From Thermoproteota archaeon (GTDB lineage Archaea; Korarchaeota; Korarchaeia; Korarchaeales; Korarchaeaceae): a stretch of DNA of 64,000 bases. Position 1 is the stretch's first letter; every line of letters begins with the position of its first letter. Where the stretch lies: assembly GCA_027491435.1 (NCBI GenBank), contig JAOZFG010000004.1, positions 64,001 through 128,000 of the forward strand, in the 5' to 3' direction. Positions 9,501 to 19,263 of the stretch are shown piece by piece. The position numbers and the translations under genes were made by a program. Below the pieces are notes generated by a model, which saw only the letters and a list, made by a program, of their open reading frames with translations, ran no database searches and was not told the DNA's origin.

Positions 9501-10121
9501 TAGTCCAGCAGCTTTCAAAATCCTCTTAGCCGCTTCCTCAGGGTCGCCGGCCTTGGTGATGGCCCTGCCGACCATGACGAAGTCAGCCACCTCTCTGACC
9601 TTGGGTAAGCTATCCTCGTTGATCCCTCCAGCCACGCCCACCTTTATGCCAAATTCCCTCAGCTTGTCAACGAGCTCAAAGTCGGAGAATATTCCCTCAT
9701 CCACTCCCTTATGCAAACAGATCCTGTGAACCCCCAGCTTCATGAGCTCCCTCACTCTACTCTCTACATCCCTAACCCCCAGGGTATCTGCTAGGACCTC
9801 CTTTCCCCACTTATCCGCTTCTTTAACCGCTGAAAGTATGGTCTCATTAGGAGCCGCTGCCATAACGCTCATGATGTCTCCCCCTGACTTGAAGACCAAC
9901 TCGGCCTCTAGGGAGCCGGTGTCCATGGTTTTAGTGTCGGCGAAGATCGTGAGTTCAGGGAATTTCCTCCTAAACTCCTTTACAGCCCTCATACCCTCGC
10001 TCTTTATCAGGGGAGTGCCTATCTCCAGCTGTTTAAAACCTGCTTTAACAGCTTTCTCTGCTATCTGTAACGCATCGGTCAAGCTTATGAGGTCTAATGA
10101 GAGGAAAACTTCACGCAGCAT
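9489..10121 (-). CDS. 3-hexulose-6-phosphate synthase (HUMPS/OMPDC family)
   Basis: LEIGTPLIKSEG, ADTKTMDTG, VAGGI and VGRAIT motifs. Confidence 0.88.
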   Translation of the reverse strand: MLREVFLSLDLISLTDALQIAEKAVKAGFKQLEIGTPLIKSEGMRAVKEFRRKFPELTIFADTKTMDTGSLEAELVFKSGGDIMSVMAAAPNETILSAVKEADKWGKEVLADTLGVRDVESRVRELMKLGVHRICLHKGVDEGIFSDFELVDKLREFGIKVGVAGGINEDSLPKVREVADFVMVGRAITKAGDPEEAAKRILKAAGLLTQ

Positions 10122-10389
10122 AAAACCCCTCCAAGTACTTTTTCAACAGATATATAAAGGCAATCAGGATCAAGAGGGAGATTATGATCAGGGTGAAGGC
10201 CGTTAAAGGGGAGACGTCCCTCCCAACCGCCACGAAGAACGGTCCAACTACTACTATGACGTTACTTCCTTCCGGAGATTTAACTTGAGAGAAGCCTATT
10301 ATCATTATGCCGAACATGATCAGGGATGCTCCTACGAAGAGGAGGAAGGACCTGTAAAGATAAGCCCTTTCATCCTCCATGAAGGGCAC
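10111..10389 (-). CDS. Small membrane protein, DUF131-like
   Basis: Two TM segments around a VVVGPFFVAVG motif. Confidence 0.65.
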   Translation of the reverse strand: MPFMEDERAYLYRSFLLFVGASLIMFGIMIIGFSQVKSPEGSNVIVVVGPFFVAVGRDVSPLTAFTLIIISLLILIAFIYLLKKYLEGFYAA

Positions 10390-10615
10390 CCACCAGGATG
10401 AGCATGCTTATAGTCATTAGAAGGGCCATTCCCGCCAGCAATATGAGCCAAGTCACCTTAACGTTCTTACCAAACACTATAGGTATAGGGCCTATCAGGA
10501 TTATCCCGGCAACGGAACTCTCACTGGACTTAACTTTAATAGGCTTTATAAGGGCTAGCACTATCATGACGAGCCCTACGACTATTAACAGAACGCCTAG
10601 CAGGGTCAGCTCCAT
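10370..10615 (-). CDS. DUF131 (TIGR00304) membrane protein
   Basis: GIILIGPIPIVFG signature. Confidence 0.85.
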   Translation of the reverse strand: MELTLLGVLLIVVGLVMIVLALIKPIKVKSSESSVAGIILIGPIPIVFGKNVKVTWLILLAGMALLMTISMLILVGALHGG

Positions 10616-10616
10616 A

Positions 10617-11981
10617 CTAGCTTAGGATAAGTCTCTTCAGCTTTTTAATCATTCTCTTCTCCCCCCTGATCCTAACCTTATGGCCTTTCACCAGGGGGGT
10701 TGATAAGTTGAAACTGTAAGGCATGCCGGAGTTATCATAAATTGAGATGACCTCCACGCCAAATTCGTCCATGAGTTTGGCGACCGTGTAGTCCTGCATC
10801 CTTCCTGACACGACGAAGGAGTAGTAGTAGGGAGAACCCTCATCAAACCTAGGAGAGTCATATGGGTTAATTAAATCAACTCCTTCCAATATCTTGACTA
10901 TTCTCTTCGCAGCATTACCGTCCCCGAATGGATTAGTATAATCCTTCTTGGATAATTGATGTTCTTCCCTGTAGAAGAAATCCCTCACAGAGGCTATGAT
11001 CGTCGATGGATTGGTTCCAGCTATCTTGCCTAATCCTAAATCGATTACCTCAGGTCTCTCCGTGTTGTTCCTCAGTATAACACATGGAACCCTTAACGTC
11101 GCAGCTTCCTCCTGAACCCCGCCTGAGTCCGTAGCCACTATCTGAGATGAGGATAGAAGCTTTAGAAAATCTAAGTAACTAAGGGGCTCAGTTAAGATAA
11201 CGTGCTTAGTAGACAGCAGGTCATCCAGTAAATTGAATCCCTTCAAGGCAGCCTCAGTCCTGGGATGCAGCGGCCAAACCACGACGAACTCATCTAACTC
11301 CTTTATAGCCTTGACTATACCCCCCAACCTGTATTCCTTTTCGACGTTCTCTCTACGATGCACTGTCACAAGGAGTATGGGATCTTCCTCGGTCAAGTCG
11401 AGCTCCTCCATAACCCTGGATCTATTGGCGAGGGGTAGCATCCTATTAACGGCATCTACCACAGTATTTCCTGTGAGGAAGACTTTAGAGGGGCTTACCC
11501 CCTCTTCCAGCAAGTTAACCTTGGCCCTCTCGGTGGGGGCCATGTTAAAGGAGGCTATGTGATCGGCAATTCTCCTATTAATCTCCTCGGGCATGGAGAA
11601 ATCGTAACTCCTTAAGCCGGCCTCCACGTGGACGAAAGGTACCTCCTCCTTCACGGACGCCATTGCAGTGCCTACGACGGAATTAGTGTCGCCTACGGAG
11701 ATTACCAGATCCGGCCTATACTTCTCAAGAACGTCCTCGATTCCCACCATGACAGCTGCCGTCTGCCTGGATTGAGATCCGGAGCCCACGCCCAGGTGCA
11801 TGTCTGGCTCAGGCAGGTTAAACTCTTTGAAAAAGATGCCGCTCATGTTCCAGTCGTAGTGTTGCCCGGTGTGGACTAAAACGACGTCAAAAGTCTTTTT
11901 CCTATAGAGCACCTCCAGTATGGGAGCCATCTTTATTATCTCAGGTCTGGTGCCTACCGTCGCTAGGAGCCTCACTTCCAA
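10617..11981 (-). CDS. wecB: UDP-N-acetylglucosamine 2-epimerase (non-hydrolysing) with C-terminal extension
   Basis: GTRPEIIK, HTGQHYD, HVEAGLRS, PEEINR, TDSGGVQEEA and PFGDG motifs. Confidence 0.95.
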   Translation of the reverse strand: MEVRLLATVGTRPEIIKMAPILEVLYRKKTFDVVLVHTGQHYDWNMSGIFFKEFNLPEPDMHLGVGSGSQSRQTAAVMVGIEDVLEKYRPDLVISVGDTNSVVGTAMASVKEEVPFVHVEAGLRSYDFSMPEEINRRIADHIASFNMAPTERAKVNLLEEGVSPSKVFLTGNTVVDAVNRMLPLANRSRVMEELDLTEEDPILLVTVHRRENVEKEYRLGGIVKAIKELDEFVVVWPLHPRTEAALKGFNLLDDLLSTKHVILTEPLSYLDFLKLLSSSQIVATDSGGVQEEAATLRVPCVILRNNTERPEVIDLGLGKIAGTNPSTIIASVRDFFYREEHQLSKKDYTNPFGDGNAAKRIVKILEGVDLINPYDSPRFDEGSPYYYSFVVSGRMQDYTVAKLMDEFGVEVISIYDNSGMPYSFNLSTPLVKGHKVRIRGEKRMIKKLKRLILS

Positions 11982-12033
11982 TCACTCAACGCTATATGTA
12001 ACTGTTTTTAATAATCCCTAGCCGGGTGTCGGG

Positions 12034-14448
12034 GTGCAGGTGGTCATTATGCTCAAACCTGAGAGGGTTGTCAAGGCTTACATGTACACGACTAGGCTTC
12101 ATGCAGACTCGCTGGCAGAGGCTATAGTTGAATTTGATGACATACACGTTGATATCCCTGAGGGAGTTCCCGGGGTGAAGCCTCCCGAGGAGGTAAATAC
12201 GGCGACCCTCATGGAATACGAGAACATAGTCAGGGCGCTTGAAAGAATGAGTTCACTTACAGGGATATCTCTAGACGCGGTAATTTCAGAGCTCGTTAAG
12301 TTAGATCAGGGGATTAACGTAGAAAGTGAAATAAAAGAGTTAGACGACTTAGTCGGCAGGTATCTATCCCTCAGAAGGGAGCTGGATCTCGCTAAAAAGG
12401 TCAAATATCTTCTGAGGGAGAGGAGTAAGAGGATAGAGGAGCTAGAGGAAGAACTACTCAACCTGGAGTTAAAAATAAAAGAGTATTACAGCGCTACTCT
12501 GGAAATAACAGAAGAGGACCCAGCCAAGCTCAGATTAGGGAGGAACCTCATAGAAATAGGTAGGGGAATAATTAGACTCACCTCGTTGATCGAGACCTGT
12601 TTAGACAAATCCATGACCATGGATAACATCAAAGAAGTGTTAAAGAACGCCGCCGAAATTGTTGAGGAAATTTACACTAAAGTGAACTCTATAGAGGGGG
12701 AGGTGGGCAGCGACAGGGTTGCTGAGATGAAATCTATAATTGAGGAGCTAAAGGAAGATCTATACAACATAGTGAGCAAGATAGACGAATACTTGCTAAA
12801 CAAGGATAAGTTGGATGAGTTGAAGGCCGTAGAATCCATGTGGCTTAAGATGAAGGAGAGGGTAAGGAGGGTACCAGAACTTACGCCATTACTCGCTGAG
12901 AAAGAGCCAGCCATAGCTAAAGTTTCGCAACAGATATCTGAGTTATCCCAGGAGCTTGATGCAGCTGAACTCACGATAAGGAACGAGATATCTTCCTTGA
13001 GAGCAAAAGTAGGGGAGTTAGAGAACAAATTTGTAGATTTGAGGGACTCCCTCATTTCAATAAAGGTCGTTGCTGCTGGAGAAGCAGAGAAGAGGGTTGT
13101 GGAGCTCCTAGAAGAGGCCAAACCTCTGATAATAGAACTGGGGAAGTTGAGGGAGGAGGTGCAAAAGCTTTCTAAATTATCCGATAAGAAAGAACAAGAG
13201 AAAATGATTAAAGAGCTAAATGAATTAAAGGAAAAGATATTAGAAAAGTCGAGGAGGCTGGCATCCTACGCTCTCTCAATTAAGAGAGAAGCCGCTGTAC
13301 AGAAGGTTCGCACTATGATCTACGAAGGTGAAGAAGTTGCCATAGCTACGGGCTGGGTTCCGGCTAGGAAGACAGATGAGTTTGAAAAAGCTCTTAAGGA
13401 CAAGCTGGGGAATTACCTAGCCGTTGAATACGAAGAACCTAAAGAGGAAAGTAAAGCCCCTTCTAAAATAAAAATACCGAATATTTTAAAACCAGTCAGC
13501 TTGTTAGTGCACGACTTATATGGATTACCCTCTATATTTGAGATTGATCCAACGGTAATAACGTCAATTCTCTTCCCCCTAATGTTCGGGATGATGTACG
13601 GCGACATCGGTCATGGACTTACTATGGCCCTATTCGGCCTCTTCCTCTACATCAAGTTCTCTGGATCAATAAAGAAGCTGGGAGGACTAATGGTATATAT
13701 GGGAGTAGCTGCGGCATTCTTCGGGTATCTGTACGGTATGATGTTTTTCGTGGAAGTAATGGATCCCATTATAAGCCCAGTCCATGACACGATGAAGCTA
13801 ATGGCATTGGCTTTGGAGCTAGGAGCAGTTGCCATGATGATAGGGTTCTTCATAAACTCTGTTAACCGAGTCATTAAGGGGGAGATATTAGAGGCAATAT
13901 TCGAGCATGGGGGCATTGCCACGTTGCTCATGTATCTCTTCGCCGTAATAGCCGCTATAAGAAATGAAGCAGACATAGGGGCAACCGTGAAGGATCCCTT
14001 AATGATACCTGGTGCAGTCACCCTGTTGCTAGTCACAATAGTATTCCCCATAATTAAGGCGAAGATCCACAATCACCCGGTGGGCGAGGGGGTATCAGAG
14101 GCCATAGTGACCTTCTTAGAGAGTGTACTTGCCTTATTCAGCAACTCACTTTCCTTCATTAGGTTAGCAGCTTTCGCCGTCATACATGAGGTCTTTGGGG
14201 TGCTGGCCGCAACTTCCTTAATAGGGAAAGAAGTTGTAAAAATAAGCGACCTTCACTTGCTAATGAATCCTTTAATCCTGGTGGCTTGGATATTAATCAA
14301 CGTAGCTGTCATGGGGTTAGAGGGTATGCTCTCCTTCATACAATCCACCAGGTTGACCTTTTATGAGTTCTTTACCAAGTTCTACAGCGCTATAGGCAGG
14401 AGGTTCAAGAGAGTCTCGGAGCTCCTGGCCCTTACGACCTACTCATAA
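12034..14448 (+). CDS. atpI: A/V-type ATP synthase subunit I (a)
   Basis: GWVP, EIDPT, FGMMYGDIGHG, SNSLSFIRLAA (essential Arg), QSTRLTFYEFF. Confidence 0.93.
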   Translation: MQVVIMLKPERVVKAYMYTTRLHADSLAEAIVEFDDIHVDIPEGVPGVKPPEEVNTATLMEYENIVRALERMSSLTGISLDAVISELVKLDQGINVESEIKELDDLVGRYLSLRRELDLAKKVKYLLRERSKRIEELEEELLNLELKIKEYYSATLEITEEDPAKLRLGRNLIEIGRGIIRLTSLIETCLDKSMTMDNIKEVLKNAAEIVEEIYTKVNSIEGEVGSDRVAEMKSIIEELKEDLYNIVSKIDEYLLNKDKLDELKAVESMWLKMKERVRRVPELTPLLAEKEPAIAKVSQQISELSQELDAAELTIRNEISSLRAKVGELENKFVDLRDSLISIKVVAAGEAEKRVVELLEEAKPLIIELGKLREEVQKLSKLSDKKEQEKMIKELNELKEKILEKSRRLASYALSIKREAAVQKVRTMIYEGEEVAIATGWVPARKTDEFEKALKDKLGNYLAVEYEEPKEESKAPSKIKIPNILKPVSLLVHDLYGLPSIFEIDPTVITSILFPLMFGMMYGDIGHGLTMALFGLFLYIKFSGSIKKLGGLMVYMGVAAAFFGYLYGMMFFVEVMDPIISPVHDTMKLMALALELGAVAMMIGFFINSVNRVIKGEILEAIFEHGGIATLLMYLFAVIAAIRNEADIGATVKDPLMIPGAVTLLLVTIVFPIIKAKIHNHPVGEGVSEAIVTFLESVLALFSNSLSFIRLAAFAVIHEVFGVLAATSLIGKEVVKISDLHLLMNPLILVAWILINVAVMGLEGMLSFIQSTRLTFYEFFTKFYSAIGRRFKRVSELLALTTYS

Positions 14449-14506
14449 TACCATAAATTTTTATTAGTAATGGGTTGAAGTAACGAAGCTCCGTTGGAGG
14501 CTTGGG

Positions 14507-14839
14507 GTGGTATGGATGTCCATGAAGGCTAAGAGGCTTATAGCCCGTGTAATACTTGCTATGCCCCTGCTCCTACTACCCGTATCGATAATGGTAGCTG
14601 CTGCTCCGGGAGAGGCCGGGACTGGAGATGCGGCTGGCCTTAAGTACATAGGGGCTGGCATCTCAATAGTAGGAAGTACGATCGCCGCAGGCATTGCACT
14701 TTACGGTATAGGCATAGGGGGTAGCGCTCTATTGGCTGAGAATCCCAACGCTTTCACTCAGGTCCTCATATTGGCTGGCTTGGCCGAAGGTGTGGCCGTT
14801 TACGGTATATTGATAGCCTTTATGATTCTTGGAGCTTAA
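14507..14839 (+). CDS. atpK: A/V-type ATP synthase proteolipid K (c), single hairpin with probable signal peptide
   Basis: Gly/Ala-rich hairpin, LAEGVAVYG ion-binding Glu; follows atpI. Confidence 0.92.
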   Translation: MVWMSMKAKRLIARVILAMPLLLLPVSIMVAAAPGEAGTGDAAGLKYIGAGISIVGSTIAAGIALYGIGIGGSALLAENPNAFTQVLILAGLAEGVAVYGILIAFMILGA

Positions 14840-14898
14840 ACCCCCTTCCCATATTTTAATAAAAAGTATTTGCTTTCCGTCTACTCAGCTTTTTAAGG

Positions 14899-15801
14899 TT
14901 GGATGTTCCTCAAATGATGATGAGGCGCTCAACAGCGGTGGCACTTGCCACGTCCCTATTAGTCGTCTTTCACCTTAACGCTTTAGCTTTGACGGCATCT
15001 CCAATCAAGGCCAACGTCCCGATTTTCGTTCCAGCGGACGTTCCAGTATCTGGTTGGGTGTGTCTACCCAACGAGATGGCCGCTGGGCTTAAGGCCAAAC
15101 TTTACGTGGATGGGGATTACTTAACTGAAGGAGAAGCTAATGAGACGGGTTGCTACAGGGTGACCCTACCCCCTCTATCTCCAGGAAAACACGATCTATT
15201 TACGGAGATTTACAAGGGGCCATTGGAAGTAGCCACCATTTCGGCGGAGGTAACGGCAATTCCTAACATGATATACGTAGGTCCCAACCCTCTGACTGAA
15301 ATCCCTTTAGGCAGTCGCGTTAACGCTACCCTGATACTGATGAATAAATCGCCCATAGATCTGGAGGACGTCATCGTGGAGATAGAATCTCCAGTGCCTG
15401 CCTTCGGCGTTGGGATGACTAGGAGAGATAACGTATTAAAGGGAAGCTTTGGGAACGTTCCTGTGAACAGCACGCTGAAAATACCGTTAACGTTAGCTGT
15501 ACCTAGGACGTTTTCACTCAGAACTGGTGAGCTAAATATCAAAATAATTTACAAAATAGGGGATTTCACCTACGAGATAAAAAAGGTTGTGACGTTCACG
15601 GTAACGAAGGGAGGGACGGCGCAGATCGAGGCGAAGTTAACTACCTCCCAACCCACGACATCTACCAGCCAGACAGTGAGGCCCGATCTTGGAAGCAAGC
15701 CCAGCTTGGAGCTACCCTTAATTATACTGCTAATTGCGCTAATTGCCATGATGCTTGGCTTCATAGCTTTGATGAGGAGGAAGGGTAAAATTGAAGGATA
15801 A
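14899..15801 (+). CDS. Exported Ig-like protein with Thr/Ser linker and C-terminal membrane anchor
   Basis: Signal-peptide-like N-terminus, beta-rich core, TTSQPTTSTSQT linker, TM helix plus RRKGK tail. Confidence 0.7.
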   Translation: MDVPQMMMRRSTAVALATSLLVVFHLNALALTASPIKANVPIFVPADVPVSGWVCLPNEMAAGLKAKLYVDGDYLTEGEANETGCYRVTLPPLSPGKHDLFTEIYKGPLEVATISAEVTAIPNMIYVGPNPLTEIPLGSRVNATLILMNKSPIDLEDVIVEIESPVPAFGVGMTRRDNVLKGSFGNVPVNSTLKIPLTLAVPRTFSLRTGELNIKIIYKIGDFTYEIKKVVTFTVTKGGTAQIEAKLTTSQPTTSTSQTVRPDLGSKPSLELPLIILLIALIAMMLGFIALMRRKGKIEG

Positions 15802-16330
15802 TAGAGGCAACAAAGTCATTCTAGTTGCTCACTGTCTCCTAAACCAAAACTCAGTAGTTTTAGGCAGGGCTAGGAGAAAGGGACCAGTTAAGGAGCTTCT
15901 AGATGAGCTAATTAAGGAGGAAGTGGGGATAATACAACTTCCCTGCCCTGAACTGATCCACTTTGGGGTTAGGAGATTCTGGCAGGTCAAGGAACAAATG
16001 GATAGCGTTGGCTTCAGGGAGACCTGTCGCAAGCTAGCTAACGAGGTAGCTAAAGCGGTGAGAGAGCTGGAAAGAGGAGGAGTCGAAATACTGGGAGTGA
16101 TAGGGGTAAAAGGAAGCCCTTCCTGCGCTGTTACTGAAGTTAACTCGGGCAATTGGGCCGGCCCTCCTCTAGAGGCCAAGGAAAAACGTAAAGTTCCTGG
16201 GATGGGCGTTTTCATGGAGGAGCTGTCCTTACTACTGGAGGAAGTTCCTTTTATAGATTGGGACTGGGATAACATAGACAGCTCCCTAAATGAGGTCAAG
16301 TCCATGCTGAGAGGTCAGCTCGGGGGGTGA
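15791..16330 (+). CDS. DUF523/TudS-related Fe-S protein (thiouracil desulfurase family)
   Basis: AHCLLNQN, QLPCPE, GSPSC and GMGVFMEEL motifs. Confidence 0.85.
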   Translation: MKDNRGNKVILVAHCLLNQNSVVLGRARRKGPVKELLDELIKEEVGIIQLPCPELIHFGVRRFWQVKEQMDSVGFRETCRKLANEVAKAVRELERGGVEILGVIGVKGSPSCAVTEVNSGNWAGPPLEAKEKRKVPGMGVFMEELSLLLEEVPFIDWDWDNIDSSLNEVKSMLRGQLGG

Positions 16331-16334
16331 CCTT

Positions 16335-17690
16335 ATGGTCGAAATTGAGGAGGTGAGCGGCTCAAGCCCATTTGAGAGAGTCGGCGCCCACAGTCATATA
16401 AGAGGGTTAGGGCTGGACAAAGACGGCAAAGCGCGGCCCGTGGCCGATGGACTCGTAGGCCAGATAAGGGCCAGGGAAGCTGCTGGCCTAGTCGTAAAGA
16501 TGGCTAAGGAGGGCAAGCTAAGCGGAAAGGCCATACTCTTAGCAGGCCCTCCGGGAACTGGCAAGACAGCAATAGCTGTGGGGATTGCCAGGGAACTGGG
16601 GGAGGACGTGCCTTTCATACAGCTGAGTGGCGCTGAGATATACAGCACTGAGAGGAAAAAGACGGAAGTCCTCATGGAGGCCATGAGGAAGGCGATAGGG
16701 GTTAGGATAAGGGAGTTCAGGAGGGTCTACGAGGGAGAAGTCATGTCATTGGACGTGAAGATGGGCTCTAGCGTTTACAACCCGTTCATAAAGGTTCCAC
16801 AGTCAGCTACCATCAAGTTGAAGACTAGGGACGATGAGAAGACGCTTAAGGTAGGTCCAAATGTAGCCAGACAGCTCGTTGAACTGGGGATATCTGAGGG
16901 AGACGTGATAATGATAGACTCGGAGGACGGCAGGGTATCTAAGGTGGGAGTTTCGAAGGAAGCTGTGATGTTTGACTTGACCTCCGAGAGCGTGGTGCCC
17001 AGGCCGGAGGGCCCAGTCCTCAAGGATAAGGAGTTCACATACATAGTCACCCTAGACGACTTGGATAGGATGGTCTCCAGGAGGAGGGGAGGCGGCCTCT
17101 TTTCCCTGATACTGGGCGTTGAGACTAAGGAGATAGATCCTGAGGTTAGGGCGATGGTAGATAAACAGGTCAGGGAGTGGGTGGAGCAGAACAAGGCAGA
17201 GATAATTCCCGGGGTCATGTTCATTGATGACGCTCATCTAATGGATATAGAGGCCCTCAGCTTCATCAGCAGGGCCATGGAAGGGGAGCTAGTCCCCATA
17301 ATAATCATGGCCACTAACAGGGGGATCACGAACATCAGAGGGACCGACGTTAAGGCCCCGTTTGGCATGCCCCTGGACCTGTTAGATAGGCTCGTCATAA
17401 TAACGACGGACAAGTACACTAGAGACGAAGTAGGGGAAATCCTAAAAATAAGGGCCGCTGAGGAGGGCATAGATATAGACGATAAGGCCCTAGAGATACT
17501 AAAGGACGAAGGGGAGAGAAGGTCTCTCAGGTACGCCGTCCAGATATTGGGAATAGCTGGAGTTAAGGCTAGATCTGAGGGGAGAGATAAGATAACTGAG
17601 GAGGACGTGAAGGAGGTGGCAGAGAGGTTCAGTGACGTGAAGGACGCCATACAACACCTGAAGAAATACGAAGGCGAGTTACTAACTTAA
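16335..17690 (+). CDS. TIP49/RuvB-like AAA+ ATPase
   Basis: AHSHIRGLGL, GPPGTGKT, FIDDAH, ATNRG and DLLDRL motifs. Confidence 0.96.
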   Translation: MVEIEEVSGSSPFERVGAHSHIRGLGLDKDGKARPVADGLVGQIRAREAAGLVVKMAKEGKLSGKAILLAGPPGTGKTAIAVGIARELGEDVPFIQLSGAEIYSTERKKTEVLMEAMRKAIGVRIREFRRVYEGEVMSLDVKMGSSVYNPFIKVPQSATIKLKTRDDEKTLKVGPNVARQLVELGISEGDVIMIDSEDGRVSKVGVSKEAVMFDLTSESVVPRPEGPVLKDKEFTYIVTLDDLDRMVSRRRGGGLFSLILGVETKEIDPEVRAMVDKQVREWVEQNKAEIIPGVMFIDDAHLMDIEALSFISRAMEGELVPIIIMATNRGITNIRGTDVKAPFGMPLDLLDRLVIITTDKYTRDEVGEILKIRAAEEGIDIDDKALEILKDEGERRSLRYAVQILGIAGVKARSEGRDKITEEDVKEVAERFSDVKDAIQHLKKYEGELLT

Positions 17691-17784
17691 CCTTTTAGAT
17701 GTAAGGTGAACCAGTTAGCGGCCCAACGCGTCAATCCTAGGGTAACGTGTTTAAAGGCTTCCATCAGGAAAGGAGGGTGTTCTC

Positions 17785-19263
17785 ATGAAAAAAGTGGGCT
17801 TAACATTGGCCCTGTTTATCTTACTCCTGCTACCACCTCTATCGGTCTTAGCGACCCGAAAAGAGCCTTACTGGGTGGATCCCCTGGAGATACCCCAGCT
17901 GGCCAACTTAGACGTAAAATACCTCGGAGTTACCGGCTCCGATGGCAACTACACCGTGAGAATAGGATTTTACGGGAAGGTGCCTGAGAGGTTCCTGGGG
18001 AACATATACCTTAACGACTTCAAGGTGGGAACTGGGGTCGACTCCGGGCCATTCAAGGGAGCTGACTTGCTGATTTCCTTCTACTCCCCCAACCTGTGTA
18101 GCGCCATGCCCTACGACCCTCTAAAGAAAGGATTCAGTCAAACGACCTTAATAAAGTGCAGTTCTGAGGTTAAGGGAGATGAAATCATCGTTAAGCTACC
18201 TAACGTCAAGGCGCTAGGCTTCCCCGAGACATTCGGGGTTAAGGCAGTTGTATGGTCATCTATCTTGGACGAATTAGGAAGCGGCGTGTACACGCTCGTC
18301 CCCTCTAAGGTAGAGCCAAAAGTCGACGGCAATATGGTCGAATGGAAGGGCTTATCCCCCATAATCGTAGATGAGGATGAGAGCCTGCCTAAGGTTACCG
18401 ACTTCAAGGAGTTATACGGGCTGGTGAAGAAGACCTCCTTCTACTTCGCAGTGGTTCCACATGATAAGCTCGCTTGCGATATAAAGGGGAGAGGGGCTGA
18501 CATAGAGTGGTACTTGAACGTAGAGATAGACGCTGACATGAATCCAAACACTGGGCTTAACGGGAAAGAGTTGGGAGCCTCCTTCCTTTATTCATGTGGA
18601 TGGGACGGCAGAGTGTGGGCTTACATCTCTGGGTTCCCGAATTACTTCTACACCCACAGATACGGGAGTAGTGCGGCAGGAGACGTCCTGGAGGGTTTCA
18701 TCTTCATAAACCCAATATACCCAACTGTTATGAAGGACAAGAAGTTCGAAGTCACGGCCTCGGTCCTGACCAGGGTGAAGGACAGGGTGCCTGACAGCGG
18801 GTGGATAATCGTCGGTTCAAGCGGGTTGAAGTTATCAGAGTTCACAGTTGTCGGCTCAAAGGTCGACAAGGAGATGTCCCCAGACTTAATTTCCAAGTTC
18901 AAAGGCGAGGGAGAGTCTACCAGAGTAGTTAGGTTAGGAGGTCCCAACGTAAACGACAAGTATAGTGCCCCAATCTCATTCGTGAAGAACTCCCAGGGAC
19001 TTTACGCCGGCGTGGAGGTAAACGGCAGGAAGTACTGGTCAACCTACGGCAGCGTAGACTTTGCAGTAGTTAACGTCAAAAAGCTCTCTCAGGGGTACGA
19101 GATTACTGTGGCCGGAATTACCAGGTACGGAACTAGGGCCGGTCTGATGTGGCTGATCGAACACCAGAACTTCTTAAGACAGGGAACCTACGTACTTAGT
19201 TGGTTTGATGATGGGGATGGCGTCGTAGAGCTTAGTGAGATAGGGGAGGTCATAGCTCCATGA
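17785..19263 (+). CDS. Secreted/surface protein with S-layer-type C-terminal domain
   Basis: Signal peptide; KVDGNMVEW and IDADMNPNTG sugar-binding-like motifs; LGGPNVN, AGITRYGTRA, WFDDGDGVVE. Confidence 0.7.
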   Translation: MKKVGLTLALFILLLLPPLSVLATRKEPYWVDPLEIPQLANLDVKYLGVTGSDGNYTVRIGFYGKVPERFLGNIYLNDFKVGTGVDSGPFKGADLLISFYSPNLCSAMPYDPLKKGFSQTTLIKCSSEVKGDEIIVKLPNVKALGFPETFGVKAVVWSSILDELGSGVYTLVPSKVEPKVDGNMVEWKGLSPIIVDEDESLPKVTDFKELYGLVKKTSFYFAVVPHDKLACDIKGRGADIEWYLNVEIDADMNPNTGLNGKELGASFLYSCGWDGRVWAYISGFPNYFYTHRYGSSAAGDVLEGFIFINPIYPTVMKDKKFEVTASVLTRVKDRVPDSGWIIVGSSGLKLSEFTVVGSKVDKEMSPDLISKFKGEGESTRVVRLGGPNVNDKYSAPISFVKNSQGLYAGVEVNGRKYWSTYGSVDFAVVNVKKLSQGYEITVAGITRYGTRAGLMWLIEHQNFLRQGTYVLSWFDDGDGVVELSEIGEVIAP

